A stretch of DNA of 34,532 nt from an uncultured Synergistales bacterium (GTDB lineage Bacteria; Synergistota; Synergistia; Synergistales; Aminobacteriaceae): contig CALCQG010000057.1 in assembly GCA_937897575.1 (NCBI GenBank), positions 1 to 34,532 of the forward strand, given 5' to 3'. The translations under genes and the position numbers were made by a program. Every line of letters starts with the position of its first letter. Positions within the stretch are counted from its first letter, which is position 1. Under the pieces are notes generated by a model. It was not told where the DNA came from and made no database searches. It was given only the letters and a program-made list of their open reading frames with translations. Below, one piece after another: positions 27,583 to 34,532 of the stretch.

Positions 27583-28197
27583 ATGCCTCAAGGTTGGACG
27601 CCTACACGTATAGGCAACATATGTAAGACAAATCATCGCACCTATTCGATAGCGGAGAAGTGGCCGTTCGTTAATTACTTAGATACGGGAAACATTACGG
27701 AAAACCGCGTGGGTGATATACAGCACATCGTTATTGGGCAGGATATCCTCCCAAGCAGGGCGCGGCGTAAGGTCGCCGTGGATGACATCATCTACTCAAC
27801 TGTTCGACCAAATCAACGGCATTACGGCATCGTGAGGGATGTTTTACCGAACATGCTCGTGTCCACGGGCTTTACGGTTATCACGGTTGATAAGGAGAAA
27901 GCCGACAGTGACTTCCTCTACTACTATCTGACCCAGAGCGAAATCGTGGATAGCTTACACGCCATCGGCGAGCAGAGCGTTTCTGCGTATCCGTCAATCA
28001 AGCCCTCTGACATTGAGCGCGTCGAGTTAGATTTGCCGCCGCTCCCAGAGCAAGTTGAAATCGGTCGCACCCTTCGGGCGTTGGACGACAAAATCGCAAA
28101 CAACACGAGGATAAACAATCATTTAGCATCGCCGAGATCAGCTACGGATAGCTCGCCGGACATCAGGCGGGGTAACAAGGAATCGCGGGCGGCTTGA
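27583..28197 (+). CDS. hsdS: N-terminal half of hsdS (TRD1b) with its own start; currently truncated at core C with a 23-aa antisense-derived tail
   Basis: SD GGAGGGG and ATG; TRD motifs PSRARRKV..DDIIYSTVRPNQRHYG, STGF, LPPLPEQVEI...LDDKIANNTRINNHL, then non-HsdS sequence. Confidence 0.85.
   Translation: MPQGWTPTRIGNICKTNHRTYSIAEKWPFVNYLDTGNITENRVGDIQHIVIGQDILPSRARRKVAVDDIIYSTVRPNQRHYGIVRDVLPNMLVSTGFTVITVDKEKADSDFLYYYLTQSEIVDSLHAIGEQSVSAYPSIKPSDIERVELDLPPLPEQVEIGRTLRALDDKIANNTRINNHLASPRSATDSSPDIRRGNKESRAA
28112..28126 (+). repeat. hsdS recombination core C
   Basis: Exact TAAACAATCATTTAG; supplies the AK-stop of the expressed hsdS on the minus strand. Confidence 0.9.
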
Positions 28198-29261
28198 AGA
28201 TTACAGCTTTCCGCATAGTTCGCTTCGATGGCTGCGTCCATCGGATTAACCAGTTCCCCAAACTGACGGAGTACGTCGTCAGTTGGGATAAGCACAGGGA
28301 GGTTTGCCATATCGTTCTTATTGATAGAGCCAAACACTGTGCCTTCGCCGTTGAACATATCAAGTGTTTGTTTCAAAGCGAACATCGTGTAGAGGACAAA
28401 GGACTGACCGTCATTGTTGCTTTGGATGCCCGCCAAGCCGCGACCGAGGCAACAAGACTCGAAGGCGATGTTCAAGTCCCCGACAGGAGCGCGAACGCTC
28501 ATAAGCACATCGCCTTTTGTCGCCATACGTTTGGGTTGGGTGGTGAACAGGCGACGGGTGGGAAACCGAGAACCAAACTCGGCACGACCTTGATAAAAGA
28601 CAGTCCCGATGCCGTCTTCGTTGTAACTCGAACCGTCGGGAGATTGCCCCATAGTGATGGTAGCTATCTCGCTGAGTGTACCTTCCCGCCAATCGTCAGG
28701 CATTACGGCTCCGAATGGCTCGAAGTCCACGAACCACGATTTGAAAATGGCCTGCGCCATCTGCTCTAAATGATTGTTTATCGCTCTGTTTTCAGCAATC
28801 CGAGCGTCCAGAGCGGCCAGCGTGTCAGCAATCCCAATCTGTATGTCAAGCGGTAGGTCGGGGACTTCATACCGCATTATCGCACCTTTGTCGCCTCTCG
28901 GCATCTTCGTTCCCTTCGCCGTAGCTGTGGCGTAGTCAAAGAAGGTGTTATCCGAGAGCAGGTAATAGAGAAAGTTCGGATAGACATTCTCCTTCGCCCG
29001 AAACACCAGCACATCATTAGAGCACCCGCCGTCACGGTCGGCATACCAAATTTTCCTGAAGTAAGGACGTATATTGGAGACCAACACGTCCTCCGCTTGG
29101 TAGGCTTGCGTCTGGTTGACGGTCGGCAGTCCCGCCGAGCGCGTTATACCCTCCTTGTTCTGGAGCATATTCTCCGTGGAGATATAGTTGTTCAAGTCCA
29201 AGTCGGCGACAGCGATCCGTCCATCGGCGAAAGTGCAAATGTCAGAGAGTTTAAATGTCAT
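28119..29261 (-). CDS. hsdS: Type I R-M specificity subunit (currently assembled TRD1a + TRD2b), 380 aa
   Basis: Two TRDs joined by LDARIAENRAINNHLEQMAQAIFKSWFVDFEPFG, ending RDSLLPRLMSGEL; ATG overlaps the end of hsdM. Confidence 0.93.
   Translation of the reverse strand: MTFKLSDICTFADGRIAVADLDLNNYISTENMLQNKEGITRSAGLPTVNQTQAYQAEDVLVSNIRPYFRKIWYADRDGGCSNDVLVFRAKENVYPNFLYYLLSDNTFFDYATATAKGTKMPRGDKGAIMRYEVPDLPLDIQIGIADTLAALDARIAENRAINNHLEQMAQAIFKSWFVDFEPFGAVMPDDWREGTLSEIATITMGQSPDGSSYNEDGIGTVFYQGRAEFGSRFPTRRLFTTQPKRMATKGDVLMSVRAPVGDLNIAFESCCLGRGLAGIQSNNDGQSFVLYTMFALKQTLDMFNGEGTVFGSINKNDMANLPVLIPTDDVLRQFGELVNPMDAAIEANYAESCNLQAARDSLLPRLMSGELSVADLGDAK
28766..28780 (-). repeat. hsdS recombination core D
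   Basis: CTAAATGATTGTTTA inside the central conserved region of the expressed hsdS. Confidence 0.9.
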
Positions 29262-30753
29262 ACCCAATTGCCCCCAGTCTTTTGCGGATTTCGTCCTCCA
29301 GTTCGCGGGAACGTTTGAACATCTCCGAGAGTTCGCCGGTCAGCCGCGCCATCTTCTCCTCGAACGGCTCACCGTCGTCCTCCTGATCTTCAATGCCGAC
29401 GTAGCGACCGGGCGTAAGAATGTAGCCCTGTTTGGCTATATCGGCAGTAGTTACGGCTGCACAGAAGCCCTTCACATCCTCAATCATTCCGTCGTCGAAG
29501 GCTTGGAAGGTCTCGGCAATCTTGGAGATGTCCTCGGTGGTCATCTCGCGCAGGCGGCGGTTGACCATCGTCCCCATCTTGCGGGCGTCGATGAACAGCG
29601 TCTTGCCCTTCTGCGCTTTGTTACGGCTGATGAACCAGAGGGACACGGGGATTGGTGTGCCGTAAAATAGTTGTGTAGGCATAGCTACAATGCCTTCTAC
29701 AAGATCAGCATCTACAATGTTTCTTCGAACGTCCCCTTCGCCGCCAGTCTGTGAGGATAGTGAACCATTTGCTAGAACAAGGCCAAGTTTTCCGTTCGGT
29801 GCAAGGTGGTAAATCATGTGTTGAATCCACGAGAAATTGGCGTTACCATCATACGGCGCACCAAACTTCCATCGTGGGTCATCTATAAGGCGGTCAGCTC
29901 CCCACTTGTCTTGATTAAACATTGGATTAGCCAATATGTAATCGGCTTTCAATGTTGGATGCAGGTCATTATGGAAAGTGTCGGCATCAGAACTTCCAAG
30001 GTCAGCCTCGATTCCTCTTAAGGCAAGATTCATCAAGCAGAGTTTCCGTGTTGTAGGGTTAGACTCTTGCCCATAAATCGAGATGCTTTTCCTGCTTCCA
30101 CTATGATTTTCAACAAACTTTGCAGACTGAACAAACATGCCTCCAGAACCACAGCATGGGTCATACACGCGCCCGTTGAAAGGCTGCAAGACCTCTACAA
30201 GTGTTCTTACAATGCAGGATGGAGTATAGAATTCTCCAGCTCGTTTGCCTTCCTGTTCGGCAAACTTAGCGAGGCAGTACTCGTAAGTGCGACCTAAGAT
30301 GTCTTTGTCCGTCCCGTGTTCAATCATCTGAATGTTGGTGAAAAGGTCAACAACATTCCCAAGGCGGCGTTTGTCTAGCTCTCCACGTGCATAGTTCTTT
30401 GGCAGGATGTCCTTCAGCCGCTTGTTCTCTTTTTCAATCGCCCGCATCGCGTCATCAATGACCGTGCCGATTTCCTCTTCGTGCGCCGCTTCAGAGATAA
30501 CGCTCCACCGCGCCGAGGGCGGCACGAAGAAGACATTCACTTCTGCATATGCGTCCTTATCTTCCACGTCGTCGTCATCGGCGAGCAACTCTTGATACCT
30601 CTCCTCGAACTTGTCCGATATATATTTAAGAAATATAAGCCCCAGCACGACATGCTTATATTCAGCAGCATCCATATTACCTCGCAGAATATCAGCTGCC
30701 GCCCAAATTTGTTGCTCAAAGCCTATGCTCGCGGTATTGTTTCCGTTAGCCAA
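29251..30753 (-). CDS. hsdM: Type I R-M N6-adenine methyltransferase M subunit, 500 aa
   Basis: IWAAADILRG, GEFYTP, motif I DPCCGSGGMF, motif IV variant NPMF, LTPGRYVG; TTG start with SD AAGGAGG. Confidence 0.93.
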   Translation of the reverse strand: MANGNNTASIGFEQQIWAAADILRGNMDAAEYKHVVLGLIFLKYISDKFEERYQELLADDDDVEDKDAYAEVNVFFVPPSARWSVISEAAHEEEIGTVIDDAMRAIEKENKRLKDILPKNYARGELDKRRLGNVVDLFTNIQMIEHGTDKDILGRTYEYCLAKFAEQEGKRAGEFYTPSCIVRTLVEVLQPFNGRVYDPCCGSGGMFVQSAKFVENHSGSRKSISIYGQESNPTTRKLCLMNLALRGIEADLGSSDADTFHNDLHPTLKADYILANPMFNQDKWGADRLIDDPRWKFGAPYDGNANFSWIQHMIYHLAPNGKLGLVLANGSLSSQTGGEGDVRRNIVDADLVEGIVAMPTQLFYGTPIPVSLWFISRNKAQKGKTLFIDARKMGTMVNRRLREMTTEDISKIAETFQAFDDGMIEDVKGFCAAVTTADIAKQGYILTPGRYVGIEDQEDDGEPFEEKMARLTGELSEMFKRSRELEDEIRKRLGAIGYDI

Positions 30754-30963
30754 TTATTGTTCCTCCTTCACTGTCTCAAACAAGTCCTCAACCTTACAGT
30801 CGAGCACCGCTGCAATCTTCATCAGCACATCCATTCGCACCGGTTCGTTTTTACTGAGCTTAGCGATAGTGTTTGAACTGATTTCAGCAGCTTCTCTGAG
30901 ATCAACCTTTTTCATGTTTTTATCGATGAGTATTTTCCAGAGTTTATTATATTGGATTCTCAT
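30754..30963 (-). CDS. Cro/C1-type (XRE) helix-turn-helix regulator, 69 aa
   Basis: MRIQYNKLWKILIDKNMKKVDLREAAEISSNTIAKLSKNEPVRMDVLMKIAAVLDC; directly upstream of hsdM. Confidence 0.85.
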   Translation of the reverse strand: MRIQYNKLWKILIDKNMKKVDLREAAEISSNTIAKLSKNEPVRMDVLMKIAAVLDCKVEDLFETVKEEQ

Positions 30964-31520
30964 TTTGCAGTATCCTTTCTGCCCCATTTTCGCCCGAACA
31001 GCGCTTGTTCATCAGCATCCAATTTCAGTACAGTGTTTTCTCTAATGATGGACTGTGCCATTTTGTCATATTTGCTCGCCCTGTCGAAGGCTATAAATAT
31101 TTGCTTCTGTTTTTCTCGCGCATACAAAGCCAAGATTTGTCCTATGGTATCATCGGAGACATTAGCAAACAGAAGGGAGTCATGCGCCAACGCAGGGAGC
31201 GCCGTACTATTAAGGATACTGATATCGTATATCAGCATTCCTTTGAAATTCGTACCTGTTCCAGTATCCTTTGGTGTTTCAAAGGAGTAGCTGTTATATT
31301 CCTTGATTCCTAAAACAGGTGGATTATCTTTCCCTTGAGAGACGTAATCACTGATCTCACTCATATGGCGATTAATTGTAGTTTCTATGACTTTTAATAC
31401 TGTTTCCATCTGCAACCTGAGCCTATCACTTGCTTGTTTTTTCTCATTTTGCAATGTGTTACGAGTGTCGAAAGCTTCATTTTCATCTTCTAATTTATGA
31501 ATCCGGCGGTCAAGATGTGA
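30960..31520 (-). pseudogene. 5'-truncated DUF2326-type ABC/SMC ATPase (ABC three-component / Lamassu LmuB-like), C-terminal part only
   Basis: End of coiled coil (HLDRRIHKLEDENEAFDTRNTLQNEKKQ), then DTGTGTNFKGMLIYD, LAHDSLLF, KQIFIAFD, LFGRKW. No Walker A half; the frame is closed upstream by TAA at 31527-31529. Confidence 0.65.
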
Positions 31521-31966
31521 ACAAGCTTATATTCGGACATGAAATTGTCCTGAAGCCTTTGCTCATCAGCCTGCGCGGTATGGATTCCGATGAAACCATG
31601 GAAAACATTCGCACGATTGACAAGAAGCTTGAAGAAAATGAAAAACAGCGGAATGTACTTGTAGGTCTGATGACCAAAGGTTATCTTGAGCCTGCTGTTT
31701 ACAATAAGAGCAATAATGAATTGTTGCAAGAGGCAGAACGCCTGCGCCGCCAAAAGGAATCCATAACGCGATTCTTGAATAATGACTTCCAAAACCTAAG
31801 TGAAGTCAGTGCTCTGCTGCAATATGCTACCAAAGCATCAATGCTGGAGGGCTTTGACGGTGAATTGTTTGCCCGTTTTGTGGAGAGGGTTCTTGTTTAT
31901 TCACGAGCGGAAATTGGATTCGAATTAAAATGCGGCATTACGCTAAAAGAAAGGTTGGTGAGATAA
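31517..31966 (+). pseudogene. 5'-truncated large serine recombinase (C-terminal coiled-coil part only)
   Basis: NKLIFGHEIVLKPLL...FDGELFARFVERVLVYSRAEIGFELKCGITLKERL resembles the recombinase C-terminus. Catalytic and DNA-binding domains are absent. First gene of a three-gene recombinase module. Confidence 0.7.
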
Positions 31967-32398
31967 ATGAGCCATATACCATTTGGCTACCGTATTGAAA
32001 ACGGAAAAGCCGTAATTGATAAAGAGGCTGCAGAACAGATTAAAACATTATTTCAATCTTACCTGAGCGGCGATTCCTTGGCTACGGCCGCAAAGAAAGC
32101 AGGTATTAAAGCTTTCCATTCCGGTATCGGAAGAATGCTACGAAATACCCGATACCTCGGTGATGAGTTTTATCCGCCGATTATTGACAAAGACACTTTC
32201 AATACTGCCGAAGCAGAACGAATTATGCGGGCGGAAAGACTCGGCCGTACCAAAAAGTTTATACAAGAAAAAGAGGTCGTTTATCCTACCATCTTTCGCA
32301 TGAAAGAAGGAACAGAGGAACTCGACGACCCCTTCGGGCAGGCGGAATACGCCTACAGTTTAATTGAAATGGAGGTGAACAAGAATGGCAGTCAGTAA
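31967..32398 (+). CDS. Small recombinase-domain protein (middle gene of the triple serine-recombinase module), 143 aa
   Basis: [11 protein letters not shown]...[20 protein letters not shown]...[19 protein letters not shown] is a recombinase DNA-binding domain without a catalytic domain. Confidence 0.8.
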   Translation: MSHIPFGYRIENGKAVIDKEAAEQIKTLFQSYLSGDSLATAAKKAGIKAFHSGIGRMLRNTRYLGDEFYPPIIDKDTFNTAEAERIMRAERLGRTKKFIQEKEVVYPTIFRMKEGTEELDDPFGQAEYAYSLIEMEVNKNGSQ

Positions 32399-33953
32399 AA
32401 ATGTCACCGTGATTCCGGCAAGGAAGCATACTCGCAAGAGCAAGGACGAGGAAAAACCGAAACTACGCGTTGCTGCTTACTGCCGTGTTTCCACAGACAG
32501 CGAGGAGCAGGCTACCAGCTATGACACACAGATTGAGCATTACACCGCCTACATACAAGGGCACCCCGACTGGATGCTGGCGGGGATTTTTGCGGACGAC
32601 GGTATTTCCGGTACCAATACTAAGAAGCGTGAAGAATTCAACCGCATGATTGACGAGTGTATGGCCGGTAATATCGATATGATCATCACAAAGTCCATTA
32701 GCCGCTTTGCCCGAAACACACTGGACTGTTTGAAGTATATCCGCCAACTAAAGGACAAGAACATTCCGGTCTATTTTGAGAAGGAAAACATAAACACCAT
32801 GGATTCCAAGGGCGAGGTTATGCTCACAATTATGGCATCCCTTGCACAACAGGAAAGCCAGTCCTTAAGTCAGAATGTGAAACTGGGTTTGCAGTATCGT
32901 TACCAACAAGGTGAAATACAAGTCAACTGCGCACGGTTCCTCGGTTATACCAAGGATGAGAATAAGCGCCTTGTGGTTGTACCCGAAGAAGCCGAAATCG
33001 TAAAGCGCATCTATCGCGAATACCTTGAGGGTGCCAGTATGCTGAAGATTGCCCGTGGGTTAGAAGCCGACGGTATCCTGAACGGTGCAGGCAATGAGCG
33101 CTGGCACACCAGTAACATTAACAACATTCTACGAAATGAAAAGTACATCGGAGATGCGCTCTTGCAGAAAACCTATACGGTTGATTTTCTTACAAAGAAG
33201 CGGGTCAAGAACAACGGTATCGTTCCGCAGTACTATGTAGAAAACAGCCATGAAGCCATCATCCCGCGTGAAGTTTTCATGCAGGTACAGGAAGAGCTTA
33301 TCCGCCGCCGTATTGTGCACACAAGCCCAAACGGAAAGACCAGAACCTTCAGCAGCAACCACGTGTTTGCTCAGATAATCATCTGCGGCAAATGCGGTGA
33401 GGTTTTTCGCAGGGTGCATTGGAACAACAGAGGTAAGAAGTCCATCGTCTGGCGCTGTGTCAGCCGGTTAGAAAACACCGGCCTATTCTGCGATGCCCGC
33501 ACGGTACTGGAGAGCACCATCGAGCAAGTGCTTGTTACCGCTATCAATCAGACGCTCTGCGACAAGGACTCTTTCCTTATTACTCTGCGGGACAACATCG
33601 CAACCGTCATAAATCGTGAAAGCGACAAGGCCTTGTCGGATATTGATAAGCGGCTTGAAGAACTGCAAACGGAGCTTTTGAAACTGGCCACCTCCAACGC
33701 GGATTACGAAAAAGTAGGCGATGAGATTCACCGTCTGCGTGACCAAAAGCAAAAGCTGCTTCTTGAAAGCGCTAACCGTGACGAGCTCAAAAAGCGGATT
33801 GCTGATATGAGCACATTTCTAAAGAAGCAATCCACCGCCCTCACCGAATATGATGAGCAACTTATCCGACGGCTGATTGAAAATGTCATCATCTATGAGG
33901 ACAAATTTACCGTGGAATTTAAATCGGGCTTGACGGTTGATGTGGAAGAATAG
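32385..33953 (+). CDS. Large serine recombinase (resolvase + recombinase + zinc ribbon + coiled coil), 522 aa
   Basis: [13 protein letters not shown] (catalytic Ser), [33 protein letters not shown]...WRC; SD GGAGGTG. Confidence 0.94.
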   Translation: MAVSKNVTVIPARKHTRKSKDEEKPKLRVAAYCRVSTDSEEQATSYDTQIEHYTAYIQGHPDWMLAGIFADDGISGTNTKKREEFNRMIDECMAGNIDMIITKSISRFARNTLDCLKYIRQLKDKNIPVYFEKENINTMDSKGEVMLTIMASLAQQESQSLSQNVKLGLQYRYQQGEIQVNCARFLGYTKDENKRLVVVPEEAEIVKRIYREYLEGASMLKIARGLEADGILNGAGNERWHTSNINNILRNEKYIGDALLQKTYTVDFLTKKRVKNNGIVPQYYVENSHEAIIPREVFMQVQEELIRRRIVHTSPNGKTRTFSSNHVFAQIIICGKCGEVFRRVHWNNRGKKSIVWRCVSRLENTGLFCDARTVLESTIEQVLVTAINQTLCDKDSFLITLRDNIATVINRESDKALSDIDKRLEELQTELLKLATSNADYEKVGDEIHRLRDQKQKLLLESANRDELKKRIADMSTFLKKQSTALTEYDEQLIRRLIENVIIYEDKFTVEFKSGLTVDVEE

Positions 33954-33967
33954 AGCAAAAAACGAGC

Positions 33968-34006
33968 AAGGCACTCTACGGAAATTAAGTCGTGGAGTGT
34001 CTTTTT
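33968..34006 (+). terminator. Rho-independent terminator after the recombinase
   Basis: AAGGCACTCTACG pairs with CGTGGAGTGTCTT (with G-U pairs), followed by a T-run. Confidence 0.7.
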
Positions 34007-34023
34007 CATAAATCACATAAAAC

Positions 34024-34082
34024 ATATTGACATTTTTGGATTTGAAGCATATAATGTATCATATCAAGTTTTTTGGATTTGA
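34024..34082 (+). promoter_or_regulatory. Consensus sigma70 promoter overlapped by ArsR-type operator repeats
   Basis: TTGACA (34027-34032), 17 bp, TATAAT (34050-34055); related 22-mers at 34024-34045 and 34061-34082. Confidence 0.85.
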
Positions 34083-34091
34083 GGTGAGAAC

Positions 34092-34409
34092 ATAGTTACC
34101 ACATATGATGATCAAGTAAAGGTATTCAAAGCCTTCTGCGACGAAAAGCGGCTGCGTATCCTTGAGTTACTTCGGAGCGGTGAAAAATGTGCCTGTGTTC
34201 TGATAGAACAGCTTGATATGCCGCAGTCTTCACTATCCTACCACATGAAAATTCTCTGTGAGTCTGGAATCGTGGATAGCAGACCTGAAGGAAAATGGAT
34301 GTACTATAAAATAAGCGAAAAGGGTGGTGGAGAAGCTATGGCACTTTTGAGAGAGCTAATCACACCAAATGCTATTGCTATGACTGAAGAACGTAATTGT
34401 TGTCTGTAA
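34092..34409 (+). CDS. arsR: ArsR/SmtB-family metalloregulator (apparent ATA start), 105 aa
   Basis: KVFKAFCDEKRLRILELLRSGEKCACVLIEQLDMPQSSLSYHMKILCESGIV...GKWMYY; CxC box and C-terminal CC; SD GAGGTG 5 nt before ATA at 34092. Confidence 0.85.
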   Translation: MVTTYDDQVKVFKAFCDEKRLRILELLRSGEKCACVLIEQLDMPQSSLSYHMKILCESGIVDSRPEGKWMYYKISEKGGGEAMALLRELITPNAIAMTEERNCCL

Positions 34410-34411
34410 AG

Positions 34412-34436
34412 GCCATTTATATAAAATGGCTTTTTT
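34412..34436 (+). terminator. Weak terminator/attenuator hairpin after arsR
   Basis: GCCATTT-ATATA-AAATGGC followed by TTTTTT. Confidence 0.5.
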
Positions 34437-34497
34437 CAGACACTATACATCAAGTTTTTTAGATATGATTGTCCGTTTTCAGAAAGAAGGTTAACTT

Positions 34498-34532
34498 ATG
34501 CAAATATTAAAAACAATCTGGGATATTTTTCA
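34498..34532 (+). CDS. 5' end of the next ars-operon gene, possibly an ArsP/DUF318-type permease (truncated by window)
   Basis: AGAAGG then ATG, MQILKTIWDIF. Only 11 codons are visible, so the product is a guess from context. Confidence 0.35.
   Translation, partial: MQILKTIWDIF

Larger units (their letters stand above)
16390..34532. mobile_element. Integrated defence/metal-resistance island (serine-recombinase element family), extends beyond the window
   Basis: att-like left boundary, visibly lower GC than 1-14 kb, defence cargo, serine recombinase module and arsR operon. Confidence 0.7.

Noticed and set aside
31430..31516. N-terminal 29 aa of ORF 31430-31966
   Set aside because: This is antisense sequence of the truncated DUF2326-like gene; recombinase homology starts only at about 31517.

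Overview
Two parts. (1) 1-14.3 kb is GC-rich core chromosome with every gene on the minus strand. In transcription order: tRNA-Gly(CCC); a complete nine-gene V/A-type ATPase operon (G/H-I-K-E-C-F-A-B-D) with a Na+-type c subunit; rnpB; and the start of the dcw cluster (mraZ, rsmH, ftsL-like, ftsI, murE running off the left edge). Gene order and composition suggest an anaerobe such as a Synergistota member (inference only). (2) About 14.5-34.5 kb is an AT-richer, Clostridia-like accessory island. From left to right it holds: a decayed large-serine-recombinase remnant; a QueD-like gene with a zinc ribbon; a symmetric 50-bp att-like site carrying the rlmD/rumA 3' tail (HVETVVLMSR); a defence cluster (Gabija-like OLD nuclease + UvrD helicase, GmrSD-like DUF262/DUF1524 nuclease, type I R-M); a truncated DUF2326/ABC-ATPase gene fused back-to-back with a truncated serine-recombinase module; and the start of an ArsR-regulated operon. 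The most striking structure is the type I R-M specificity locus. Four copies of a 15-bp core (TAAACAATCATTTAG, orientations +,-,+,-) divide two N-terminal and two C-terminal hsdS halves, a tyrosine recombinase and an unknown 71-aa Cys-rich gene. This layout allows inversions (four HsdS variants, two expression sites) and excision of a self-contained 2477-bp recombinase+hsdS+passenger circle.
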